A stretch of DNA of 64,000 bases from Elusimicrobiota bacterium. Lineage in GTDB: Bacteria; Elusimicrobiota; Elusimicrobia; JACQPE01. Where the stretch lies: contig JACQJO010000002.1 in assembly GCA_016205025.1 (NCBI GenBank), positions 17,154 through 81,153 of the forward strand, read 5' to 3'. A model generated the notes under the pieces. It had not been told where the DNA came from, ran no database searches, and saw only the letters and a program-made list of their open reading frames with translations. Of the stretch, positions 1 through 9,156 are shown piece after piece (position 1 is the first letter of the stretch; each line of letters starts with the position of its first letter). The position numbers and the translations under genes are program-made.

Positions 1-77
1 CTTGGATTCCGAAGGAATTCGAAACACCGTGCTGCGTACCTTTGGCGATAAGCTTCAGGAATTGCCCTCAATTAAGA

Positions 78-1055
78 ATGCTCTATAAAAACAAAACTGT
101 TCTGGTCACCGGCGGGACAGGTTTTGTCGGACTTAATATTGTTCAGGAGTTGCTCAAAACCCAAGCCAAAGTGCGCGTTCCCATCCATAAACGTCCGATG
201 GTCATCAAGAACAAACGCATTGAAACGCTGGACGCCGACTTAACCAGGCAGGAGGATTGCCTTAGAGCGCTGGGCGGAGTTGATTACGTTTTTCATGCCG
301 CCGGCCCCGTTGGCTCAGCTCTCGTGACGTCGAGTAAGCCCGCGCAAGCACTTGAAGGCATCACTACCAATCTAACGCTCACGGCGCAAATTCTTCAAGC
401 AGCTTGGGCCTGCGGGGTCAAACGGACCCTTATCTTTAGCAGCAGCGCCGGCTATCCAGCGGCGGATCATCCAGTTAAAGAGGAGGAGATGTGGTCCGGG
501 CCACCGCATCCTGCCTACTTCGGCTACGGTTGGATGAGACGCTACTTGGAACGTCTAGGCGAGTATGTCGCCTCCCGATCTACCATGAAAATTTCTATCG
601 TTCGTCCTACGGCCGTTTACGGCCGCCACGATAATTTTGATTTAAAAACAGGCCATGTAATCCCGTCACTGGTGCGCAGAGCCCTGGCGCGGCAAAATCC
701 TTTTATTGTTTGGGGAAACGGAGAAGAAGCTCGCGATTTTCTTCATATATCCGACTTGGCTCGGGGCTGCCTGCTTATGCTCGAAAAATATCCGGTCTGC
801 GATCCCGTCAATATCGCTTATGGGCGGTCATTTTCTATCAAAGAAATTACCCGCATCATATTAAAGGCTGCGGGCCACGGCGATGCCGAGGTGCAATTTG
901 ACGCTTCTCAACCCACAACCATCCCTTACCGAGCAACAGATATAACAAAGGCTAAAAAATTACTGGGGTTTGAACCAAAAATTACCCTGGAAGACGGGCT
1001 CATAGATACTATCGAGTGGTATAAATCACAGAAGGCCTCCATCCCACCGACGTAA
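78..1055 (+). CDS. NAD(P)-dependent nucleotide-sugar epimerase/reductase, extended SDR (GDP-L-fucose-synthase-like)
   Basis: Track ORF 42..1055 opens on TTG. The first ATG at 78 gives MLYKNKTVLVTGGTGFVGLNIV (GxxGxxG Rossmann). Size fits an extended SDR. FHAAG, IVRPTAVYG and RDFLHISD blocks present. Clear paralogue of 3250..4206. Confidence 0.75.
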   Translation: MLYKNKTVLVTGGTGFVGLNIVQELLKTQAKVRVPIHKRPMVIKNKRIETLDADLTRQEDCLRALGGVDYVFHAAGPVGSALVTSSKPAQALEGITTNLTLTAQILQAAWACGVKRTLIFSSSAGYPAADHPVKEEEMWSGPPHPAYFGYGWMRRYLERLGEYVASRSTMKISIVRPTAVYGRHDNFDLKTGHVIPSLVRRALARQNPFIVWGNGEEARDFLHISDLARGCLLMLEKYPVCDPVNIAYGRSFSIKEITRIILKAAGHGDAEVQFDASQPTTIPYRATDITKAKKLLGFEPKITLEDGLIDTIEWYKSQKASIPPT

Positions 1056-1192
1056 ACACCCGCCCCGGATTCCCATGCCCTCCTTGATAAGATAAGAATC
1101 CTATATTAAACTAAAGAGGGAGGTCTTCATTTTCAGCGAGGTAATACTATTGACTTAAGTATACGTATAAATAATAGCAAGATAACACAGAT

Positions 1193-3184
1193 ATGGATTC
1201 TCATAATATTAAAGTTGGCTTGGTCCAAATCAATAACAGTTTTTCTGACCAAAATTATTTTCCCTATTCAATTGGCACCCTGCAAGCCTATGCCCAAAAG
1301 AAATTAAGGCACCCGCAGGATTATGAATTTCTTTTGCCCATTTATAAACGATCATCCATCAACGAAGCGCTGGGGAAGCTTTCTGGCGCCGAGCTTATAT
1401 TTTTCAGCTGCTATGTTTGGAATTTTAGAATTTCTCTAGAAATTGCAAGGGCTGTTAAACAGAAAGAACCGGAAACGGTAATTATTTTTGGCGGACCCCA
1501 TGTTCCCGATCACCAAGATGCCCTGGAAGCATTTATGAGAGAGCATCCCTTTATCGATTTGGCTTGTCATGGGGAGGGGGAGCAGGTATTTGCCTCGATT
1601 CTTGAAAACTACCCCCTAAGAAATTGGGATGCCGTTGCTTCGATTAGTTTTTTAAGGAAAGACGATTCCCTTGCTCAGACGGCAAGGGCGGAAAGATTAA
1701 AAGATATTAGTATCATACCGTCTCCTTATACGGAAAAATTTTTCAAACAATTAATGGAAGCCAATCCGCAAGAAAAATGGATCGCGCTCTGGGAAACTAA
1801 TCGGGGGTGCCCGTTTTCTTGTACTTTTTGCGATTGGGGGTCAGCTACGCAAAGTAAAGTCTACCAGTTTAGCATGGAAAGGCTGACCCAAGAAGTTGAT
1901 TGGTTTGCCAAACATAAAATTGAATTTATTTTTTGCGCAGATGCTAACTTTGGAATCTTACCAAGAGATGTCGACCTTGTAAATTATGTGGCTAGCACCA
2001 AAAAAAAATATGGATATCCTCAGGCGCTTTCTGTTCAAAATACCAAAAACGCAACAGAACGCGCTTATAAGGTTCAAAAAATACTGGCGGATGCGGGACT
2101 AAATAAGGGTGTCGTCATTTCTCTCCAATCAGTTAATCCACAAACGCTTAAGGATATCAAGCGGGATAATATTAGCTCTGATTCTTTCCGGGAGTTACAG
2201 CGACGTTTTACACGAGATGGGGTGCAAACCATGAGCGATATGATCTTGGGCTTGCCCGGAGAAACATATGGGTCCTTTGCAGATGGGGTATCTTCCGTAA
2301 TACAGAGCGGTCAACACAATCGCATTCAATTTAACAATTTATCTATTTTGCCCAACGCAGAAATGGGCAATCCAGACTACCAAAAGCAGTATGGGTTGGT
2401 GATGGTGGAGTCTAAGGTAGTTAATATCCATGGAGCGCTAGCCCAGTCTCAAGATGAAATTTATGAAACCCAAATTTTGGTTGTTGGGTCCAACGCTATG
2501 CCCAAGCAGGATTGGGTACGAACCCGCGCCTTCTGTTGGATGGTAGCCCTGTTGCATTTTGACAAAATCGCCCAAATACCAATTATTTTGTTGCATCAAA
2601 TTTGCTCAATAAGCTATCGAGAACTCTTCGAAATTTTCTCCGAGGGCAACCTGGAGGCTTATCCTACGCTGCTAGAGGTGCGGGCATTCTTCCAAGAACA
2701 AGCTCGAGAAATACAGAATGGCGGGGTCGAGTATTGTTACTCCAAAGACTGGCTGGGTATTCATTGGCCTGCGGATGAATTTGTTTTTATTAAGCTATGC
2801 AGGGAAGATAAGCTGGATATTTTTTATAGAGAACTGGAAACAGTTATTAACAAATATCTTGAAGCTAAGCCCATCAAACTTCCATTGCTTCTCTTGCACG
2901 AGGCCATCGAGCTTAATAAATCTTTAATAAAAAAACCCTTTCAAAAAACAAATCTTAACTTAGAACTTTCTTGCAATATTTGGGAATTTTACCAGTCCAT
3001 TTTATCAGGGGCTCCTGTCTTATTGCAAAATAAACCTTCTCGATACCACATTGATAGGGTTGCCAATACTTGGGATTCCTGGGAGCAGTGGTGTCAGCAG
3101 GTTGTGTGGTACGGCAACAAAAGAGGGGCCTACCTCTATGCAAACAAACCTCTAGAATATCCCGACTTAGCTGGGCATTATTAG
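1193..3184 (+). CDS. Cobalamin-binding (class B) radical SAM enzyme
   Basis: N-terminal B12-binding-type Rossmann region (ELIFFSCYVW, VIIFGGPHVP) followed by the radical SAM cluster motif CPFSCTFC (CxxxCxxC). 663 aa with a long C-terminal extension carrying no motif I recognise. Confidence 0.8.
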   Translation: MDSHNIKVGLVQINNSFSDQNYFPYSIGTLQAYAQKKLRHPQDYEFLLPIYKRSSINEALGKLSGAELIFFSCYVWNFRISLEIARAVKQKEPETVIIFGGPHVPDHQDALEAFMREHPFIDLACHGEGEQVFASILENYPLRNWDAVASISFLRKDDSLAQTARAERLKDISIIPSPYTEKFFKQLMEANPQEKWIALWETNRGCPFSCTFCDWGSATQSKVYQFSMERLTQEVDWFAKHKIEFIFCADANFGILPRDVDLVNYVASTKKKYGYPQALSVQNTKNATERAYKVQKILADAGLNKGVVISLQSVNPQTLKDIKRDNISSDSFRELQRRFTRDGVQTMSDMILGLPGETYGSFADGVSSVIQSGQHNRIQFNNLSILPNAEMGNPDYQKQYGLVMVESKVVNIHGALAQSQDEIYETQILVVGSNAMPKQDWVRTRAFCWMVALLHFDKIAQIPIILLHQICSISYRELFEIFSEGNLEAYPTLLEVRAFFQEQAREIQNGGVEYCYSKDWLGIHWPADEFVFIKLCREDKLDIFYRELETVINKYLEAKPIKLPLLLLHEAIELNKSLIKKPFQKTNLNLELSCNIWEFYQSILSGAPVLLQNKPSRYHIDRVANTWDSWEQWCQQVVWYGNKRGAYLYANKPLEYPDLAGHY

Positions 3185-3249
3185 ACCCAAAACTGAAAAC
3201 CCAAGAATGATCGCAATCATCGCTTAACCCAGCATTGGCAACCGTTAAC

Positions 3250-4206
3250 ATGTTTTATAAAGGAAAAAATGTTCTAGTTACGGGAAGCAGCGGCCTTATT
3301 GGATCTCATCTTGTTCTTAAATTGCTAGAAGAAGGAGCGAATATTCGAGCAAGTTATCATCAAAAGCCTCCCATTGTAAAAAATGAAAAAATCCAATATC
3401 TATGCGGCGATTTAACTAAACGAGAGGACTGTCAAGAGTTGGTCGGGGGGATAAATTTTGTTTTCCACTGCGCAGCCAATTCCTTCGGCGCTTTTATAAC
3501 ACACAAAAATCCTATTGCCCAGATTACAGATAATGTTCTTATGAATGCGCAACTCTTGCAAGCAGCCCATGGCGCTAAAGTTGAACGCTTTTTGTATATT
3601 AGCAGTTCGGTTATTTATCCATCCAGCCAGATTCCAATTCAAGAAGAACAAGGTTTTACTGACGATCCTTACGATATTTATTTTGGCGTTGGATGGATGA
3701 AACGCTATGCGGAAAAACTGGCCCAGTTCTATCACCGCAGATACGGCTTGCGCGTAGCGCTGGTACGTCCTACTAACGTTTACGGACCTTACGATAAGTT
3801 CGATCCAGAAACATCCCATGTATTACCCGCCTTGATCCGAAAAGCTATTGAACGAACAGACCCCTATGAGGTGTGGGGCGATGGCAGCAACGTGCGCGAT
3901 TTTGTTTATGTTACGGACATGGTCCAAGCTCTGCTTCTGGCCATGGAAAGAGCTGTGGATGGCAAGCCTGTTAATTTCGGCTCAGGCATTCCCATAACCG
4001 TCAAAAAATCCGTAGAGCTTATTTTGAAACTTACAGGTTACAGCAACGCGCGCGTCATTTTTGACCCCGCCAAGCCTACTGCAATTCCTACCAGGCTTTT
4101 GGATCTAACTTATTCAAAAAAAGTTTTAGGTTTCCAAGCTCAAGTTTCGTTTGAGGATGGTCTTAAAAAGACCATTGATTGGTATCGCTCAACGCTCACA
4201 AACTAA
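3250..4206 (+). CDS. NAD(P)-dependent nucleotide-sugar epimerase/reductase, extended SDR (paralogue of 78..1055)
   Basis: Track ORF opens at TTG 3235; first ATG is at 3250. MFYKGKNVLVTGSSGLIGSHL Rossmann, FHCAA, LVRPTNVYGP and RDFVYVTD blocks. Shares the YFGxGWM(K/R)RY block with 78..1055. Confidence 0.75.
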   Translation: MFYKGKNVLVTGSSGLIGSHLVLKLLEEGANIRASYHQKPPIVKNEKIQYLCGDLTKREDCQELVGGINFVFHCAANSFGAFITHKNPIAQITDNVLMNAQLLQAAHGAKVERFLYISSSVIYPSSQIPIQEEQGFTDDPYDIYFGVGWMKRYAEKLAQFYHRRYGLRVALVRPTNVYGPYDKFDPETSHVLPALIRKAIERTDPYEVWGDGSNVRDFVYVTDMVQALLLAMERAVDGKPVNFGSGIPITVKKSVELILKLTGYSNARVIFDPAKPTAIPTRLLDLTYSKKVLGFQAQVSFEDGLKKTIDWYRSTLTN

Positions 4207-4209
4207 GCC

Positions 4210-4911
4210 ATGAAAACAACACTTTTCATTCCTATCAGAAATGAAATCGACGGTTTAAAACAGATCTTACCTATGATCAAAAAGGAATGGGTGGATGAAA
4301 TTATTTTCGTGGATGGCAACTCTACCGATGGTAGTTTTGAATATCTTAAAAATAACGGCTACTTCGTTATCAAACAGAAATCAAAAGGAACCTGCGGCGC
4401 TTATTGGGAGTGCTGTGAGGTGGCTAAGGGGGATATTATTATCGCCTTTAGTCCTGATGGGAACTCATTGCCGGAATTGATTCCAATTTTAGCGGAAAAA
4501 ATGAAAGACGGCTACGATATGGTTATCGCATCCCGTTACGCTGACGGGGCTAAAAGTTATGATGATGACTTCATCACAGCTTTTGGAAACTGGATGTTCA
4601 CCCAACTTGTGAATGTTCTTTTTTCTGCGCGCTATACGGATTCTATTGTTATGTTCCGTGCTTTCAAAAAAAACTTGTTAAGCCAATTGGAATTAACGAG
4701 CGGTAATCTTCCTGTTCTGGAAATGCAATTGACTATTGGTTGTGCTAAAAAAAAGCTCAAAGTGCTCGATATCCCTGGCGACGAGCCCATAAGGATCGGG
4801 GGCGTTCGGAAAATGAACCCTTTAATAAACGGGTGCGCTCTTCTATGGTGCGTTTTTTGGGAATGGATAACTTGGCGTCGGCAATCAAACGTCTATGGCA
4901 AAAATTTTTGA
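4210..4911 (+). CDS. Glycosyltransferase family 2 (small GT-A)
   Basis: LFIPIRNE ... IIFVDGNSTDGS ... IIAFSPDGN pattern typical of GT2/GT-A enzymes. Start lies 4 nt after the upstream stop. Confidence 0.7.
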   Translation: MKTTLFIPIRNEIDGLKQILPMIKKEWVDEIIFVDGNSTDGSFEYLKNNGYFVIKQKSKGTCGAYWECCEVAKGDIIIAFSPDGNSLPELIPILAEKMKDGYDMVIASRYADGAKSYDDDFITAFGNWMFTQLVNVLFSARYTDSIVMFRAFKKNLLSQLELTSGNLPVLEMQLTIGCAKKKLKVLDIPGDEPIRIGGVRKMNPLINGCALLWCVFWEWITWRRQSNVYGKNF

Positions 4912-5890
4912 GCGTGTTTTAATTACAGGAATTGCGGGCTCTGGGGGGAGCTACCTTGCAGAATATATTGACAATAATCATCCTCATGTTCAAATCCATG
5001 GAATAGTCCGTTGGCACAGCACAACGGCAACGCGTAATTTAGCGAGCATCGCAGACCGGATCACCCTTCATGAATGTGATATGAATGATCTTGGCTCCCT
5101 TGTGCGAGTACTCCAAATAACGAAGCCGGGAGCCATATTTCATTTAGCTTCCCATGCCAATGTGCACGCTTCTTTTCAAGCGCCGCTTGCCGTACTGAAC
5201 AACAATATCATGAGCACAGCTAATTTACTGGAGGCTGTTCGCTTAACAGGAATCCATCCCATTATTCAACTATGCAGCACTTCTGAGGTTTACGGCCAGG
5301 TCAATCCCAAAGATGTGCCTATAGAAGAAAACGCTCCTCTGCGACCAGCAAGTCCCTATGCAGTTTCCAAAGTAACCCAGGATTTATTGGGCTGGTCCTA
5401 TTTCATAAATTATAAAATGAAAATCATTAGAACCCGCATGTTTGCCTATATCAATCCTCGTCGAGATGATCTCTTCGCATCCTCCTTTGCGCGGCAAGTC
5501 GCAAGGATTGAAACGGGTCTACAAAAGGAACTGACGCATGGCAACCTAAATTCTGTTCGCACCTTGATTGACGTTCGCGATGCCATGGAATCCTATTGGA
5601 TCGCTTCGCTTCATTGCAAACCTGGAGAGGCCTATAATATCGGCGGCTTGACAGTGCTCAAAGTTGGGGATTTTCTAAATCGCCTTATTAAGTTAAGCAA
5701 GGTGCCTGTGCGCCTTAGGCAAGATCCGAAACTTTTAAGGCCTTCAGATGTCACTCTGCAAATTCCTTCGGTCAAAAAATTCACCAAGGCAACGGGCTGG
5801 AGACCAAGATATACATTTGAGGAAAGTTTAATTTTTCTATTAGACTACTGGAGACAGCAAACCAGGCGGGAAAAAAATTCGGCGGCATGA
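4895..5890 (+). CDS. GDP-mannose 4,6-dehydratase / GDP-6-deoxyhexose reductase (Gmd/Rmd) family SDR
   Basis: VLITGIAGSGGSYLAEYI Rossmann, STSEVYG, SPYAVSK (YxxxK). GNLNSVRTLIDVRD resembles the GNLDAxRD block of Gmd/Rmd enzymes. Overlaps the upstream gene by 17 nt. Confidence 0.65.
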   Translation: MAKIFERVLITGIAGSGGSYLAEYIDNNHPHVQIHGIVRWHSTTATRNLASIADRITLHECDMNDLGSLVRVLQITKPGAIFHLASHANVHASFQAPLAVLNNNIMSTANLLEAVRLTGIHPIIQLCSTSEVYGQVNPKDVPIEENAPLRPASPYAVSKVTQDLLGWSYFINYKMKIIRTRMFAYINPRRDDLFASSFARQVARIETGLQKELTHGNLNSVRTLIDVRDAMESYWIASLHCKPGEAYNIGGLTVLKVGDFLNRLIKLSKVPVRLRQDPKLLRPSDVTLQIPSVKKFTKATGWRPRYTFEESLIFLLDYWRQQTRREKNSAA

Positions 5891-7128
5891 ACGACTCCTT
5901 AAAGATCAATACCAAGCACGGCTCGAAGGAGGTTTCTTCTAAAAATGGAGATATTGGAAGACCTTTCAGGTATTACTTGGCCGAAGACACGATTGACCAA
6001 AAAGATATCAATCGCCTGATTGCCTGGCTAAAAAAATCTCCACGCCTAACAAAAGGCGAGGTCACTCTAAAATTTGAGGAAAAATGGAACCGTTGGCTGA
6101 AACGATCACACTCCGTATTTTGCAATTCTGGCTCCTCCGCTAATCTTTTAATGTACGATGCCCTCCTTCTATCGGGTAGACTCAAAAACAAAAAGGTTGT
6201 CGTCCCCAGCGTCGGCTGGGTCACAACAATAGCGCCAGCCATTCAGCTCGGATTCGAACCGATTATGTGCGAAGCGGATCCGGACACTTTCGGCCTCGAT
6301 CTTAATCATCTAGAGTCTACACTCAAAAAAGAACATCCTTCCACCGTCGTTTTAGTGCAAGTTTTAGGCATTCCCCATAAAATGAGAGAAATAATGATGC
6401 TGAAAGAAAAATATGGTTTTATTCTCCTGGAAGACGCTTGCGCAGCCATCGGGGCTTCCTACCATGGCCAAAACCTGGGGACCTTTGGTGATATGGCCAG
6501 TTTCTCGTTTTACTTCGGCCATCAATTTTCTACCATAGAGGGCGGCATGGTCTCGACCGACGATAAACAACTCAACGATCTTTTGCTCATGCTGCGTAGC
6601 CATGGTTGGAGCAAAGACCTGGATCGTGAAACACACAATGCCCTTGTGACTAGCCACAATATTGACGACTTCAATGCGCCTTTTGTTTTTTATGAACCCG
6701 GGTTTAACCTGCGCTCCACCGATCTGAATGCCTATATCGGCCTCGGGCAGTTGGATAAAATCGAATGGATTATCTCTCGACGGCAAAAAAATCACCATCG
6801 TTATAAAATGCATCTGGCTCAAAATTTTGTTATCCAAAAAAGCGACCCGGATTCTCGAGTTTGCAGCATACACTTTGGGCTCCTTGCGAAAGACACTGAG
6901 GAGCGGCGCCGCATTGTCCGCGCCCTAACTAACAATAGAATTGAGACGCGTATCTTTTCAGCCGGAAATCTAGGCCTCCATCCTTTTTGGGTTAAACGGT
7001 TTGGCAAAACCAGCTTTCCCATGGCGGATCGAATTCATCGCTGCGGTTTTTTCCTACCCAACAACCCGTCGCTTGGCATCAAGGATGTTGATTTCATTTC
7101 CCGGGTAGTTTTGGCTGGCAGACATTGA
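5887..7128 (+). CDS. DegT/DnrJ/EryC1/StrS-family PLP/PMP enzyme, probable nucleotide-sugar 3-dehydratase (ColD/E1-like)
   Basis: The block FSFYFGHQFSTIEGG aligns with FSFHxxKxxxxxEGG of sugar aminotransferases. It carries His at the Schiff-base Lys position, as in ColD and E1 3-dehydratases. ATGA overlap with the upstream Gmd-like gene. Confidence 0.7.
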   Translation: MNDSLKINTKHGSKEVSSKNGDIGRPFRYYLAEDTIDQKDINRLIAWLKKSPRLTKGEVTLKFEEKWNRWLKRSHSVFCNSGSSANLLMYDALLLSGRLKNKKVVVPSVGWVTTIAPAIQLGFEPIMCEADPDTFGLDLNHLESTLKKEHPSTVVLVQVLGIPHKMREIMMLKEKYGFILLEDACAAIGASYHGQNLGTFGDMASFSFYFGHQFSTIEGGMVSTDDKQLNDLLLMLRSHGWSKDLDRETHNALVTSHNIDDFNAPFVFYEPGFNLRSTDLNAYIGLGQLDKIEWIISRRQKNHHRYKMHLAQNFVIQKSDPDSRVCSIHFGLLAKDTEERRRIVRALTNNRIETRIFSAGNLGLHPFWVKRFGKTSFPMADRIHRCGFFLPNNPSLGIKDVDFISRVVLAGRH

Positions 7129-7142
7129 TCTTGGGTCACGAC

Positions 7143-8084
7143 ATGCCTTCGAGTAAAATTTTGGTAACCGGGGGCGCTGGTTATCTTGGTTCCATTTTAG
7201 TGCCGACCCTGCTTGAAAACGGTTTTCACGTAACGGTGATCGATAATTTTATTTACCGCCAGTCAAGCCTATTAGACATCTGCGCCAACAAGCGCTTTGA
7301 GGTAATCCGCGGCGATTGCAGGGATCCCAGTTTAATGAAAAACACTATAAAGGGAAAAGATATCATCATCCCATTGGCAGCCATCGTTGGGGCTCCCGCC
7401 TGCGATAACGATCGGGTTGCCGCCCAGACAACGAATGTTGATGCCGTTCGCATTGTGGCCAATCTGGCCTCGCGCTCACAAATGATAATCATTCCCACGA
7501 CAAACTCCGGCTACGGCATCGGCGCAAAAAATAAACTCTGCACTGAAGAAAGCGCCTTGAGGCCCATTTCGTTCTATGGCAAATCAAAAGTTCAGGCGGA
7601 AAAAATTTTAATGGATCGGGGCAATGCCATTAGCTTACGATTGGCTACGGTTTTTGGCTCCTCGCCCCGAATGCGCGTAGATTTACTGGTCAATAGTTTC
7701 GTTTATCGAGCTGTTTACGATCGGGCAGTCATAATCTTTGAAGGCCATTTTAAAAGAAACTACATCCACGTCCGTGACGTCGCAAAAGCTTTCCTCCACA
7801 GTATCAACCAATTCAATAAAATGAAAGGACGGGTTTACAACGTGGGACTAGAAAATGCCAATCTATCCAAAATTGAGTTGTGTCAAACGATTAAAAAAAT
7901 CATCCCATCATTCGTATTCCTGGAGGCCCCCGTAGGCGAGGATCTCGATAAAAGAGACTACATTGTTTCCAATGCGCGAATTCTGGCCACGGGCTATAAA
8001 CCCCATTGGACCATTGAAGATGGCGTGCGAGAATTGATTAAATGTTTCACAATAATGCGCAACTCCCAGGCAGGAAATAATTAA
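7143..8084 (+). CDS. NAD-dependent nucleotide-sugar epimerase/dehydratase (extended SDR)
   Basis: Track ORF opens at TTG 7125; ATG 7143 gives MPSSKILVTGGAGYLGSILV. YGKSKVQAEK (YxxxK) and NYIHVRDVA blocks present. Confidence 0.75.
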   Translation: MPSSKILVTGGAGYLGSILVPTLLENGFHVTVIDNFIYRQSSLLDICANKRFEVIRGDCRDPSLMKNTIKGKDIIIPLAAIVGAPACDNDRVAAQTTNVDAVRIVANLASRSQMIIIPTTNSGYGIGAKNKLCTEESALRPISFYGKSKVQAEKILMDRGNAISLRLATVFGSSPRMRVDLLVNSFVYRAVYDRAVIIFEGHFKRNYIHVRDVAKAFLHSINQFNKMKGRVYNVGLENANLSKIELCQTIKKIIPSFVFLEAPVGEDLDKRDYIVSNARILATGYKPHWTIEDGVRELIKCFTIMRNSQAGNN

Positions 8085-8106
8085 ATGCACCGCTGCACCG
8101 ATTGCG

Positions 8107-9156
8107 ATGATCATTAGTCGAACTCCTTATCGCATATCGTTTTTCGGTGGAGGCACGGATTACCCCGCATGGTATAAGGAATATGGCGGCCGCATTCTGG
8201 CGACCACTATAGATAAGTACTGTTACATATCAACGCGTTATCTGCCCCCTTTTTTTAAACATAACAGCCGAATCTTATATTCCAAGATCGAAGAGGTGAA
8301 CTCCGTCGATGAAATTCGCCATCCGGCTGTCCGAGAAATCCTCAAATATTTTCACATTCATGAGGGGGTAGAAATCCATCACGACGGAGATCTGCCAGCC
8401 AGGTCAGGTATCGGGTCAAGCTCTGCCTTTACAGTCGGACTCCTGCACACCCTCTTCGCCTTAAAGGAAAAGATGGTCGCCAAGATCCATCTGGCTAAAG
8501 AAGCTATCCGCATAGAGCAGCATATTCTAAAAGAAAACGTAGGTTGCCAGGATCAGGTTTCCGCTGCTTTCGGAGGTTTCAACCGCGTTGATTTTGCTCC
8601 AAACGATGAAATCAGCATAGTCCCGATCATCCTGAGCCAGGAACGTTTGAACGCTCTGCAAGACCACTTACTCCTCTATTTTACGGGCATTTCCAGGACC
8701 GCCTCGGAAATCGCTAAGGAGCAAATCAAAAAAACAAAGGAGAAAAAAAGAGAACTCACGCTAATGCGTGAGATGGTGGATGAGAGTATTTCTATCCTAA
8801 CGGGTACCCAGGATATGGGCGCTTTTGGGCGGCTACTACACGAACACTGGATGATCAAGCGGAGCTTAAGCAAAAATATTTCCTCAAATGTCATTGATCA
8901 AATTTATGAGAAAGCCCGAAATGCTGGAGCTATCGGAGGAAAAATTCTGGGCGCCGGCGGCGGGGGTTTCATGCTTTTATTTGCCCATCCAAAGGATCAT
9001 GCAAAAATTAAAGAAAAACTCTCGAACCTATTGCGTGTCTCCTTCAGGTTTGAAAACATGGGAAGTCAGATTATTTTTTATCATCCCAACATCTTGATTG
9101 AAGCCGGAAATATTTTCAATCGAAACGCGCAAGAACGGTTTAAGCTGCGCGTATAA
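8107..9156 (+). CDS. GHMP-family sugar kinase (D-glycero-D-manno-heptose 7-phosphate kinase HddA-like / fucokinase-like)
   Basis: MIISRTPYRISFFGGGTDYP N-terminus, GHMP motif II GDLPARSGIGSSSAFTVG and motif III GGKILGAGGGGFMLLF. Confidence 0.8.
   Translation: MIISRTPYRISFFGGGTDYPAWYKEYGGRILATTIDKYCYISTRYLPPFFKHNSRILYSKIEEVNSVDEIRHPAVREILKYFHIHEGVEIHHDGDLPARSGIGSSSAFTVGLLHTLFALKEKMVAKIHLAKEAIRIEQHILKENVGCQDQVSAAFGGFNRVDFAPNDEISIVPIILSQERLNALQDHLLLYFTGISRTASEIAKEQIKKTKEKKRELTLMREMVDESISILTGTQDMGAFGRLLHEHWMIKRSLSKNISSNVIDQIYEKARNAGAIGGKILGAGGGGFMLLFAHPKDHAKIKEKLSNLLRVSFRFENMGSQIIFYHPNILIEAGNIFNRNAQERFKLRV

Noticed and set aside
1150-1177. Promoter upstream of the first B12-rSAM gene (TTGACT at 1150, palindrome tatacgtata at 1160..1169).
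   Set aside because: No acceptable -10 hexamer lies at 16 to 18 nt spacing (the best is TAATAG, which lacks the conserved final T). The palindrome alone is insufficient for an operator call.
6364-6873. Long antisense shadow ORFs listed in the track: 6364..6873, 22304..22783, 25762..26352, 26365..26787, 54764..55249, 62229..62789, 9536..9958, 30597..31070 and 61358..61822.
   Set aside because: Each lies opposite a gene with clear catalytic motifs. The translations are low-complexity or R/G/P-rich, with no motifs. They are treated as non-coding shadows.
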